NCBI GenBank assembly: GCA_023250715.1
Contig: JAHFAF010000010.1
Coordinates: forward strand, 1-41,494
Reading direction: 5' to 3'
Length of the DNA: 41,494 nt
Source: Pseudobdellovibrionaceae bacterium
GTDB lineage: Bacteria; Bdellovibrionota; FAC87; UBA2466
Of this stretch, positions 33,415-41,494 are shown piece by piece (position 1 is the first letter of the stretch; every line of letters begins with the position of its first letter). The position numbers and the translations under genes are program-made. The notes under the pieces were generated by a model. That model was not told where the DNA came from and did not search any database. It worked only from the letters and a program-made list of their open reading frames with translations.

Positions 33415-34626
33415 TTAGTCTTTTTTCCCAACGACCGCCTTCAAGGTAGCTCGCTCGAACAAGGCGGGAGAGACAAGACCCAGTATCGCCACACCCACCT
33501 CGACCCGATCCGTCGTCGAGACATTGACGATTCCCACCTGACTCACATCGATGTCGAGAGTATCAGGGACGACGATCATTTCTTCATAGACGGGGATGTC
33601 TCCCTGGGTGAGCTGCACGTCTATTTTATGAAAGTTTTCCACATTTACGAGACCGATTTGGCGGCGCTTCACTGTCGAGGATTTGTTTCTTTCCGCGGCC
33701 TTCTTCACGTTAGCAGCCAGGGCCGCAAGTGCCATCTCTTCAGAAGCGGCAGGACTAGCCATTTTTTCTTGCCAGCTCTTCGCCCATTCCTCTACTTTCT
33801 TGTCGTCCGCCTTGAGAATGATCTCTTTATTATCGGAAAGAGACGCGAGCTTTTCCCGAATTCCCGCTAGCCCATCACGACGGCGAAGTTCATCTAACAA
33901 CCCAGCGCTCTTTAACGCCGCCACTCGAATGGCATCCCGTAAAAGTGTACGAATTTCCCCCGTGGGATTCAGAAAATTCCAGTAGGCACGCATGGGATTC
34001 TTATTCCGATCGACTAGCTCTTCGAAGGAAAGCTGCTTTCCGAAATGTTCTCCTTCGTTCCACTTCGATCGAATATCTTCCAGAGAAAGCCCATTAAGAT
34101 TATCTCGTCTAATCGACGGGACCGGAAGACTTCCCACCTGGTGGGGACCTATCCAGAGTGTCAGCTCTGATCTTGCTCTATCGTAAGATACTTTCGGCTC
34201 GGTAATGCCACGCCCACCAGTACAAATGAGAATTCTTCGAATCCGGAAAAGGGAGTGGCTTTGCCCCAACATTCTAAAGTGAAAATCACTCAAGAAAGCG
34301 GCAGCCGATTGGATCTGACTCTCCAAAACATCCCGATAACCTTTATCTTTTCCCGCAAGATCATTTGCCCAAGGATTACATCCAGCTTCCGCGGGGATTT
34401 CGATCGAGTACTTTCCCCCTTCCAGGGAAACAATCGACTGCCGGACCGTCGGGAGAGAAATCCCAAGGTCCGTATTGAGCTTCGTTTCTAGATCGTCGGT
34501 GAGCTTCTTCTGAATTTCCCCTTTTTCTGAAAGGGTGTCTTTCGCAAGCTGGTTGAGCTCCTGCAGGGGGCTCGGCGCGCCGAACGAAAGGGTTGAAAAG
34601 ATTAGATAAAAAAGAAAATGCTTCAT
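33415..34626 (-). CDS. Secreted hypothetical protein
   Basis: ATG 34626 gives MKHFLFYLIFSTLSFGAPSP, a signal-peptide-like N-terminus. The rest is hydrophilic and charged. No family recognised. Confidence 0.6.
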   Translation of the reverse strand: MKHFLFYLIFSTLSFGAPSPLQELNQLAKDTLSEKGEIQKKLTDDLETKLNTDLGISLPTVRQSIVSLEGGKYSIEIPAEAGCNPWANDLAGKDKGYRDVLESQIQSAAAFLSDFHFRMLGQSHSLFRIRRILICTGGRGITEPKVSYDRARSELTLWIGPHQVGSLPVPSIRRDNLNGLSLEDIRSKWNEGEHFGKQLSFEELVDRNKNPMRAYWNFLNPTGEIRTLLRDAIRVAALKSAGLLDELRRRDGLAGIREKLASLSDNKEIILKADDKKVEEWAKSWQEKMASPAASEEMALAALAANVKKAAERNKSSTVKRRQIGLVNVENFHKIDVQLTQGDIPVYEEMIVVPDTLDIDVSQVGIVNVSTTDRVEVGVAILGLVSPALFERATLKAVVGKKD

Positions 34627-34686
34627 AAAGATCCACTCCAATTATGATGCGATATACCATAAAGATACTTAAAAGGCTGGCACCCT

Positions 34687-36324
34687 TTAAGGGTTTCCTC
34701 TTAAGCCCAATGAACGCAGGCTTTGCTTGGTGAGTTCTTTCCAAGGCTTGAGCCACGGAAGGTTTTTTCGGACTTGGACAAGGAACCAATCCTTCGCAAA
34801 ATCTCGAATGGAAAGATCCGCCGCTGGAACCCGCCCGAAACCTAAATCTTCCCGCAGAAGGGCATGCAGCATCTCGGGGTATTCTTTTTCGATAAAACAT
34901 TCTTCCCAGTATTCGAACACGGCCCCCCGGGAAGCACTCTCCAAGTGAATGCCCTCGAGATGCCCGAGAAAGAGATTGTGCCACCCGCGGCGCTTACACT
35001 CGAAGTTGAAGGCCACATCGCCAAATCCATTGGGAAGATCCCGGGGCCTGAGCCCGCTCAGAGCGGCGAAGCGATCTTTTCTCACGAGACAAGCGGCAAA
35101 GGTATTTCCGAAGACTTCACGGTTTTGATGGGTGAGCTCGTCTTCATTTTGGTCGTGCCCAAGCCGCGCAATTCGGGCAGATCCCCCGAAAAAAGCTCTC
35201 AAGCCACCGTGCTGAATATCGCCATGCTTAAAGCGAAGACACATCCCGATGGTCCCCACCCAATCAAACTGGGCCCAAGCCACCATTTCGGAAAGATTGC
35301 CCTTCATCCAAAAGACATCGTTATTGAGAAGAAGGAGGTATTTCCCCTTCGCCTCCTTAACCGCCTCGTTGTGCATGGCCGCAAAGTTGAAGGGATGAGG
35401 ATACTCAATGAAGTGCGCAGCGAGCGACAACTTCTTCAGTGCCTCTTCTACCTTCGCCCGCTCCGCTGGCTGAGACTGATTATCGACGAGAATTACTTCC
35501 AGATCGATCCCTTCAGCCCTTTGGGAAAGATGGGATAGACATTCGGACGTCCAATCCCCCTTATCACGGAAACAAATGATCGCTGAAACTTTTTCCCGGT
35601 CGAAGGCCGGGTGAACCTTGATTCTTCCATCGGTAATTTCCACACGTGCTTTTATTTTTCTTTCGGAAAGAGCCCCTTCGACGAGTGCTTTTGTTCCTTC
35701 ACCAACTTGGGCAAGGGCAGGACCGGAACCTCGATAGAGAAGAAAGAAGGGAATAAGCGATGTATTATTCGAATCCAACTTCAAGAATAGGGCCTGCTCG
35801 GCTAATGGTTTCCATGCATCACGCTTCATCCACCAAGCTGCACCTACACAATTGAAGTGAAATAGATTGAATTCACTCCAAGCGGCCTTTGAAAAAAATC
35901 TCCCATCGTGGGTTTTTTCATGGGAGTAAACGAGCTTCAAGTCAGGGCGGCGGGCGATTTCATTCGCCGCGAGGAACAAAGCCACTGGGCTAAGAACATC
36001 GCCCGCGTTTAAGAAATAAATCCAGTCTCCGGCGGCGAGCTTCATCGCCTCTTCTCTTCCCTGGGGCACCCAACGTGTCGCAAACTCCGGCTCTTCTTCT
36101 GAAATCCAAATCACTTCCCATGCAGGATGGGACTGAGCTTGAAGCGACGCCCAGGTTTTCACATCTGGTTTCCCTGTTACGAGAATCGAAAAGCGGGTTT
36201 GCGTTTCAAAAGTGTTAAGCGCGGATCGCTGTTGGCGCCACTTGAATAGAAGCTCACTTTCCGTTTCCGGGCGGCCGGCAGTGGCCCAAGGAAAACTGGA
36301 GAGAGGTACCGGGAGTCGATCCAT
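34687..36324 (-). CDS. Two-domain GT2-family glycosyltransferase
   Basis: First, degenerate GT-A module: FSILVTGKPD...WIYFLNAGDVL. Second module: VSAIICFRDKGDW...LEVILVDNQSQ...YLLLLNNDVFW (DxD-type). Confidence 0.7.
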   Translation of the reverse strand: MDRLPVPLSSFPWATAGRPETESELLFKWRQQRSALNTFETQTRFSILVTGKPDVKTWASLQAQSHPAWEVIWISEEEPEFATRWVPQGREEAMKLAAGDWIYFLNAGDVLSPVALFLAANEIARRPDLKLVYSHEKTHDGRFFSKAAWSEFNLFHFNCVGAAWWMKRDAWKPLAEQALFLKLDSNNTSLIPFFLLYRGSGPALAQVGEGTKALVEGALSERKIKARVEITDGRIKVHPAFDREKVSAIICFRDKGDWTSECLSHLSQRAEGIDLEVILVDNQSQPAERAKVEEALKKLSLAAHFIEYPHPFNFAAMHNEAVKEAKGKYLLLLNNDVFWMKGNLSEMVAWAQFDWVGTIGMCLRFKHGDIQHGGLRAFFGGSARIARLGHDQNEDELTHQNREVFGNTFAACLVRKDRFAALSGLRPRDLPNGFGDVAFNFECKRRGWHNLFLGHLEGIHLESASRGAVFEYWEECFIEKEYPEMLHALLREDLGFGRVPAADLSIRDFAKDWFLVQVRKNLPWLKPWKELTKQSLRSLGLRGNP

Positions 36325-36428
36325 GCGGGGAACTTAGCGTAACTACATACCTTTTGATACACTGGACGTGAGAGGGTTGCCGCGTCGCCTTCGGCTCCTC
36401 GCAATGACAAATCGAGACGATTGAAATT

Positions 36429-37097
36429 ATGAGACTTTTTATCGATTCCGCCAACGTGCGGGAGATAGAAGATGCCCTCTCCCGGGGGGTCGTGTGCGGC
36501 GTAACAACGAACCCCTCGATTTTGGCGAAAGAGCCTAAGAGTGATTTCAAGACTCTGGTAAAGAGCATCGTGAGTGTCTTGCGTAGTGCACCGCGACCCA
36601 TTCCCTTGAGCGTGGAAGTTTTTTCCACTCGGCCCGAACAAATGATCGCTCAAGCTTGCGACTTTGTAGAGGCCTTCGATTACGAGGAACTCTATGTAAA
36701 AATTCCCATAGGGTGGAATGAGTTCAAGGTCATCCATGAGCTCAAAAAACGGGAAGTCAAAGTGAACTGCACCGGCTGCATGTCATTTAATCAAGCCCTT
36801 CTTGCCGCTAACGCTGGCGCGGATTTTATCAGCCTCTTTTATGGACGCATTCGCGATGCCGGAGATGACGCTTTCACAGTGGTCGAGCAAACTTGTTCGA
36901 CTTTGAAAAAGGCGGGATCGAAGAGCCAGGTAATTATAGGAAGCATCCGCCACATCTACGACATCAACGACGCCATTCGCGCCGGAGCGGATTTCGTTAC
37001 CGTCCCTCCGCAATTTTTACCTCAGATGGCAGCGCATCCCAAGACGGACGAAGTGGTCCGACAATTTGTAAAAGATTTCGAAAAATGGTTGGAATGA
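36429..37097 (+). CDS. tal: Transaldolase family, short type (fructose-6-phosphate aldolase / TalC-like)
   Basis: MRLFIDSANVREIE, GVTTNPSI, Schiff-base lysine context YVKIPIGW, NCTGCMSFNQALLAANAGADFISLFYGR. 222 aa. Confidence 0.9.
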   Translation: MRLFIDSANVREIEDALSRGVVCGVTTNPSILAKEPKSDFKTLVKSIVSVLRSAPRPIPLSVEVFSTRPEQMIAQACDFVEAFDYEELYVKIPIGWNEFKVIHELKKREVKVNCTGCMSFNQALLAANAGADFISLFYGRIRDAGDDAFTVVEQTCSTLKKAGSKSQVIIGSIRHIYDINDAIRAGADFVTVPPQFLPQMAAHPKTDEVVRQFVKDFEKWLE

Positions 37098-37101
37098 GAA
37101 T

Positions 37102-40100
37102 TTAGCGAAGAAGTGTAGCTGCTGCCACGCCGCTCGCGAAACTTCCCCCGACAAAAATTCTGTCGTCACTCATCAGGTAAAGGAATGCAGCTACCGGACT
37201 AGTTAACGTGTTCGGCACTCTCGTGTATTTTGCCGAGTCCGCTACACCACTCGCTGAATACCTCGCGACTCTGAAACCCACACTCGGCGAGGAAACTGAT
37301 GCCGCGACTAAGATCTTTCCGCTGTCCGGCTCGGTCCCGGAAGCATAAAACGCAATACCGCCTGAAGCCGAGGTAAGGACAATCGAGGTGTCGTTAACTA
37401 GTTGCGTGGGCACCGCGCCCCCGCCTGTGCCCCTGAGTAGCACAAGCGAATTACCTGAAACCTTTTTACCTTCCAGCAGAGCTTCCCCCGCGGTAGGCGC
37501 CGAAATGGCGGCCGCGAACTCAACCCCCATTGTAGTTTTTGATTGCGAAACCAGGTTTCCATTGGACGACTGGACTTCAATTGCTCCTATGTCGGATCCG
37601 GCCGAGCCGTAGAAAACATAGTTACTGCCGTTTTTCATTCCAAATCGCGCGGAGCTAGCGAATCCCGAGAATCCGATGATGTTCGCCGAGTTCTGATTCA
37701 GATTGGAAGTGTTGTGATAAGCAAACGCCATCGAGGTATCAGCATCATTATTTTGACTGGAGTCGCCCGCCACGATGAGTTTACTTCCATCGACGAAGAG
37801 CCCATGCGCTCCGTTGCCCGCATTACTTCCCGAAAATTTTCCGAGGAATTGAACGGGATCACTGTCGGTGGCGTCAGAGTTGAATTGCAGAACGAAATAC
37901 TGCCGAGTTCGGACTCTGCTAGTTTCATCGCAATGGGCTGGAATAATGTTACCCTCTCCATCTGTGGTCTCCGGGAAAAATTGTTTGGTCACATCCTCTA
38001 CCGTCGCGGTGCCGGCAACAAATATATTAGTACTTGTTATTGCCACCGCCTCGGCACCGCTAGAAATAAATTCGACATAAGAATTAGGACATCCGCTGGG
38101 TATTGGAGGACCCGGATTAAACCTAACTCCAGTGGGACTGCCAAAGCCCGTATCAAGAGCCACTGTTTGACCTGCTACGAGTGGCTTGTACCGCGCGATA
38201 AATACCTGTTCTTTGCTGCTCACCGTGGTTTTCCCCACTACGACTAGCTTTCCTGAACTCTGAAATGCGGTCGCTTTAACGGATGGCGAGGTACCGAAAG
38301 TACTTGCACTGGTCCAGGACGATCCCGACGTATCCGGCTCGAGCGGATTGCGAATCGAGATGGGTAACGAAGCTGCGGGCGGAGCTGTTCCCGTAAAGGT
38401 CATGCTCGAGGCGCCTAAGTTGGTGGTTGTCGCGCCATCCGAGGTCGTAAACGTGTCCTTGAAATAAAAGTTAGGCCCTGTATTCGAACCCGAGGAAATA
38501 GTGATCTGGTCGGAACCAAGCTGACTCGTACATTGGGCATCCGCATAAAAATGGCGGGTTCCCGAATTCGCAAACTGGACCGTTCCGCCTTTGGTAAACG
38601 CTTTTCCTACTCGCCCGTCGAAGACCTGAATTCCAAAGGGACCGTTGCAAAGGTGCCAGCGAGAATTCGACCCAAATCCATTGGAGAGCTGAATTTCGCG
38701 AAGCTCCGCTTTGAACAATATCGCAGATGTCTCTATGTTGTTGAATAGAGCAAGGGGCGCCGAGATTGGTGTGGATTTGGTCACATAGACTGTGAAATGA
38801 TTCCCATCCACGGGAACGCTGTTCGCCTTGTAGAATAGACTCTGGCTCGCACCGCTCGAGGTAAAAGAAATGGAGGCCGTTGAAGAAGGGGACGTCCCGG
38901 CTTGGCAGTTGGAACTAGAGGCATAGAATTCGCCGGGCTTGGAACCACTAAGATCCTCGGTTCTCGCCGAGGTAACGGAGTAAGTGTCCGTCTCTCCCGC
39001 GGCAGGTGCCGCACTATCGCCACAGGCATCTCTCAATTGAAATTGAAAGGTACTGCAGGTGCTAAAAGCATTGTCCGACGGAACGGAGGAGAATGCGATC
39101 TGAACGGGCTTGGGAATGATACTTAAAGAGACATCCGTATTCGTCGTTATAGTAGACGAGGGCCGTAGGGTGACAGTGCCTCCGACATTGCAGCCGCTTG
39201 CGACAATGCCGGCGTTCTTGAAATAAAATATTCTGGTATTGGGATCCGTTGTAAGACTCTTTGAAAGTGAGGAAGCGCCGGCCGAGCTACATTGGGAATC
39301 GGTAAAAAGTTGGCCAGTGCCAGAAAACACGCTCAGAGTGGCGGAAACCGCTGTTGAAGAGATAAAGGTAAGCCCGAGTCCATCTACCCCATTCAAATAG
39401 AATTTCTCGCAAACTGCGCCACCCGCATTCGAAGAAGTCGGAAAAACTGAAGTGTCATTACTTCCGATTTGAAGTTTTTGCACCGTTCTATCCACCTGCA
39501 ATCCTCGAGGAGGCGACGCAAGGATAGTTCCACTGGCGGCAGCCACCAGATTATAGGAAGTGGCGTCTGCTACGATCTGGGTATTCATGTGGAAGCTGAT
39601 CGACCCCATTCCATTTAACAAAGTAATTTGCGCGACCCCCCCATTGCTCGCCAACTGCGAGCCACAATTCCCCGAGGCGTCCGCAAAAAGTTTCGTCGGT
39701 CCCACACCGTTCAAGGGGACTACCGTATTGCCTATCACCGGAGTCACGACTCCGTCTGCGGCCTGGGCTTCGAGGGTTATCAGGGGACTGCACAAACCTA
39801 GATCAAAGGGAGTGCCGGCTCCAGCGACTTTGATTTGAAACTGCACCGCTTTTCTAACGATGCTCAGCGCGAGGTCCGTCACCGGATACTGCCCCGTCGC
39901 GCTTAGCTTGGGAGCTTGGCCGATGGTATTCGATGCGCCGATTCCCCCGCTCAAGAAGAAAAACTTTCGGTCATTCGCTGTCACAGTGAGAGAAAGATTC
40001 AAAACAGTACTTCCGCCCGAGGCGCAACCTCCCGCGGAGCCAGGAAAGAGAAGTCCCGTCCCGTTCTTCACCTCAATGCGCGCTGGAATACTCGCCGATC

Positions 40101-40746
40101 CCATGAAAGCATTTCCAATCCCATCAACGCCGTTTAAATAATAGGTCTCGCAAACAGCGCCGCCCGCCATGGAGGTGTTGGAGGTGAGATAGGAGGAAGA
40201 GTCCAGAGCAAAGTTTAGTCGTTGTACAGTTCGATCGACGCGAATACCTCGGTTAGCGCTTTGATAGCCTGAAGAAGCAACGACCAAACTGTAAGATTTA
40301 TCCTCGCCCAGGGTATTTGCTTTCATGTAGAGCTGGGTCGAGCCCGTTCCCTTTGCAATTTCAACGATGGCGTTCGCTCCATCCGTGGGAAGTTGCGTTT
40401 GGCAATTCACATCCGAAAAAAGTTTCGAAGCACTGAATCCCGTCATCGTGAGCGTCACTGTTGTTCGCACACGGACTGCGGCACGTTCCCCGCTTGTGGT
40501 AACCGCCTCGACCGTCATCGCCGGGCTACACACGCCCAAATCGAAAGGAACTACGCTCGCCGTTTCATTATTAATCTTCACCTGGAATTTTACCGGAACC
40601 GGAAAAATCCCACTCTGCTGCGTGGGCGATCCCTTGTACGACGCTGGTTTCGAGCCGTAGGAAAAAGATCCGAAATTACAGGCAGGCAAAAAGGAGAGAA
40701 GAGAAAGAATCAGGAAGGGGAGAAGTTTATTGGGGAGTGATTTCAT
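37102..40746 (-). CDS. Large repeat-rich surface lipoprotein: tandem Ig-like Cys-containing modules plus a C-terminal beta-propeller-like region
   Basis: Signal peptide with a lipobox-like LSFLPAC. Internally repeated ~250-aa modules. The C-terminal third contains LDTGFGSPTGV, IFVAGTA and LIVAGDS strands reminiscent of delta-60/beta-propeller repeats. Rich in Ser/Thr/Gly/Ala. Confidence 0.8.
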   Translation of the reverse strand: MKSLPNKLLPFLILSLLSFLPACNFGSFSYGSKPASYKGSPTQQSGIFPVPVKFQVKINNETASVVPFDLGVCSPAMTVEAVTTSGERAAVRVRTTVTLTMTGFSASKLFSDVNCQTQLPTDGANAIVEIAKGTGSTQLYMKANTLGEDKSYSLVVASSGYQSANRGIRVDRTVQRLNFALDSSSYLTSNTSMAGGAVCETYYLNGVDGIGNAFMGSASIPARIEVKNGTGLLFPGSAGGCASGGSTVLNLSLTVTANDRKFFFLSGGIGASNTIGQAPKLSATGQYPVTDLALSIVRKAVQFQIKVAGAGTPFDLGLCSPLITLEAQAADGVVTPVIGNTVVPLNGVGPTKLFADASGNCGSQLASNGGVAQITLLNGMGSISFHMNTQIVADATSYNLVAAASGTILASPPRGLQVDRTVQKLQIGSNDTSVFPTSSNAGGAVCEKFYLNGVDGLGLTFISSTAVSATLSVFSGTGQLFTDSQCSSAGASSLSKSLTTDPNTRIFYFKNAGIVASGCNVGGTVTLRPSSTITTNTDVSLSIIPKPVQIAFSSVPSDNAFSTCSTFQFQLRDACGDSAAPAAGETDTYSVTSARTEDLSGSKPGEFYASSSNCQAGTSPSSTASISFTSSGASQSLFYKANSVPVDGNHFTVYVTKSTPISAPLALFNNIETSAILFKAELREIQLSNGFGSNSRWHLCNGPFGIQVFDGRVGKAFTKGGTVQFANSGTRHFYADAQCTSQLGSDQITISSGSNTGPNFYFKDTFTTSDGATTTNLGASSMTFTGTAPPAASLPISIRNPLEPDTSGSSWTSASTFGTSPSVKATAFQSSGKLVVVGKTTVSSKEQVFIARYKPLVAGQTVALDTGFGSPTGVRFNPGPPIPSGCPNSYVEFISSGAEAVAITSTNIFVAGTATVEDVTKQFFPETTDGEGNIIPAHCDETSRVRTRQYFVLQFNSDATDSDPVQFLGKFSGSNAGNGAHGLFVDGSKLIVAGDSSQNNDADTSMAFAYHNTSNLNQNSANIIGFSGFASSARFGMKNGSNYVFYGSAGSDIGAIEVQSSNGNLVSQSKTTMGVEFAAAISAPTAGEALLEGKKVSGNSLVLLRGTGGGAVPTQLVNDTSIVLTSASGGIAFYASGTEPDSGKILVAASVSSPSVGFRVARYSASGVADSAKYTRVPNTLTSPVAAFLYLMSDDRIFVGGSFASGVAAATLLR
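39109..40602 (-). repeat. Tandem intragenic duplication (two ~250-aa / ~750-nt modules) inside the lipoprotein gene
   Basis: Residues 49-298 and 299-546 align colinearly. Matching pairs: VKFQVKI...PFDLGVCSP vs VQFQIKV...PFDLGLCSP, LVVASSG...RVDRTVQRL vs LVAAASG...QVDRTVQKL, and AGGAVCETYYLNGVDGIG vs AGGAVCEKFYLNGVDGLG. DNA identity in the segments compared by eye is only partial, so the duplication is old. Weaker further copies follow downstream. Confidence 0.6.
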
Positions 40747-40887
40747 TACGATTGTGTGGAAAGTTATCTATAAGATCATTCCAAGAATTGTGCCATGGCG
40801 CTACAGGCGAGAAATTGGTGAACAAGTGTAGAACTTTTAATCAAAGGGCCGAGAATTAGAGTTAACTGCCGGTGAGGATTGGAAGAA

Positions 40888-40910
40888 GGGTGTCTCGAAG
40901 GTAGACACCC
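40888..40910 (-). terminator. Candidate intrinsic terminator downstream of the beta-barrel gene
   Basis: 8-bp GC-rich stem GGGTGTCT / AGACACCC with a 7-nt loop. It lies 45 nt after the stop at 40955 and is followed on the minus strand by the pyrimidine-rich TTCTTCC, a weak U-tract. Confidence 0.35.
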
Positions 40911-40954
40911 TGTTTAGCCTTTAGACAAAGAAGACTTAAGGTTCTGAATTTTAT

Positions 40955-41494
40955 TTAGAAATTAAGCCCAATATCGAGCACGACAATAGGTTGGAAATTC
41001 GCGGAACGTACTTCAACTGTTGCGATATTCGGGGATTGGATAAACTGCACGCCGGCCCCAACCCCAATATTCAATCCGAGATCCCAATAACCTCTCCACC
41101 CAAACGTCGTCAGAAGCCCTATTGATCCGGCATTCTCTTCGATTTCTATCGACCTGGTGAGAAACTGCACGTACCCGACTCCACCCTGAATCCACATACC
41201 GCGATAAAGATCCGTGCCGTAATAATTTCCCGTCACGAATCCGCCTAACGCCGTAACACTGGAAGTCTCACCCGAGGAAGAAAGAAAGAATGGTTTCAAT
41301 CCCATCGCAAATTGAGGCGTCAGAGAAAATTGGAAATCGATAATTGGATAAAAAAAGCTTGTGCCAGCACTTAGCCCGGCAGCAAAATTACAAGTGTAAT
41401 CGACCATACTGGAATCCGCTCCGACGGAATCAAGAAGAGTCATCGCGGGCTGTCGACCAGTGGACGAGACTTTCACGATATCCCCGCGAGCAAC
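40955..41494 (-). CDS. Partial CDS (5' end probably beyond the right edge): outer-membrane beta-barrel protein
   Basis: The frame stays open from 41476 to the window edge (VARGDI precedes the track's GTG). It shows alternating hydrophobic beta-strand patterns, Gly/aromatic richness and a C-terminal ...VVLDIGLNF ending in Phe, the classic OMP signature. No signal peptide is visible, consistent with a truncated N-terminus. Confidence 0.6.
   Translation of the reverse strand, partial: VARGDIVKVSSTGRQPAMTLLDSVGADSSMVDYTCNFAAGLSAGTSFFYPIIDFQFSLTPQFAMGLKPFFLSSSGETSSVTALGGFVTGNYYGTDLYRGMWIQGGVGYVQFLTRSIEIEENAGSIGLLTTFGWRGYWDLGLNIGVGAGVQFIQSPNIATVEVRSANFQPIVVLDIGLNF

Noticed and set aside
34376-34984. 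202-aa minus-strand ORF bridging the 33415..34626 and 34687..36324 genes
   Set aside because: It is out of frame with both well-supported genes and overlaps both. Its Arg/Gly/Pro-rich translation lacks motifs. The 45-nt true intergenic gap cannot hold a gene.
1-41494. Mobile elements, CRISPR arrays, tRNA/rRNA genes, toxin-antitoxin or phage-defence-type genes
   Set aside because: Scanning both strands by eye, I found no transposase, integrase or recombinase-like ORFs and no regularly spaced direct repeats. I also found no tRNA-like cloverleaf regions in the few intergenic gaps, all of which are 218 nt or shorter. No nuclease, ATPase or helicase-type defence genes were seen. Every large ORF is explained by glycan biosynthesis, central metabolism or envelope proteins.

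Overview
This is a bacterial chromosomal segment of about 50% GC by eye. Gram-negative hallmarks are the Kdo genes, a lipobox lipoprotein and a beta-barrel protein ending in Phe. I count about 31 densely packed protein genes and saw no rRNA, tRNA, CRISPR array, IS element or integrase. All product calls come from motif recognition by eye, with no database search.

Positions 1-26930 form a large surface-glycan biosynthesis island.
- A leftward GT-C / TagF-like / GT-B-like operon. Its last gene is cut by the window edge and is missing from the supplied ORF track.
- A rightward methyltransferase / WecE-like aminotransferase / Dpm1-ArnC-like GT2 / kdsA operon.
- A tightly coupled 12.4-kb, ten-gene minus-strand operon (20166 down to 7798). 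It combines a NeuB-type ulosonic-acid synthase, a NeuA-type and a KdsB-type CMP-sugar synthetase, and a TagD-type cytidylyltransferase fused to a methyltransferase. It also carries a second methyltransferase, a PtmA-like SDR, an aldehyde dehydrogenase, a fused transketolase and two glycosyltransferases.
- kpsF plus a GT8-like gene.
- An FAD-oxidoreductase / two CDP-paratose-epimerase-like SDRs / Dpm1-like GT2 module.

The right part carries glmS translationally coupled to metH, followed by a MetE-like Zn protein. Next come a secreted hypothetical protein, a two-domain GT2 and a transaldolase/FSA. The window ends with a 1214-aa repeat-rich lipoprotein and a partial outer-membrane beta-barrel gene.

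The best candidate for an undescribed system is the ten-gene operon. It has the synthase and activation end of a nonulosonic/octulosonic-acid pathway but none of the canonical upstream enzymes, which are replaced by transketolase + ALDH + SDR. The substrate and product assignments are inference only.
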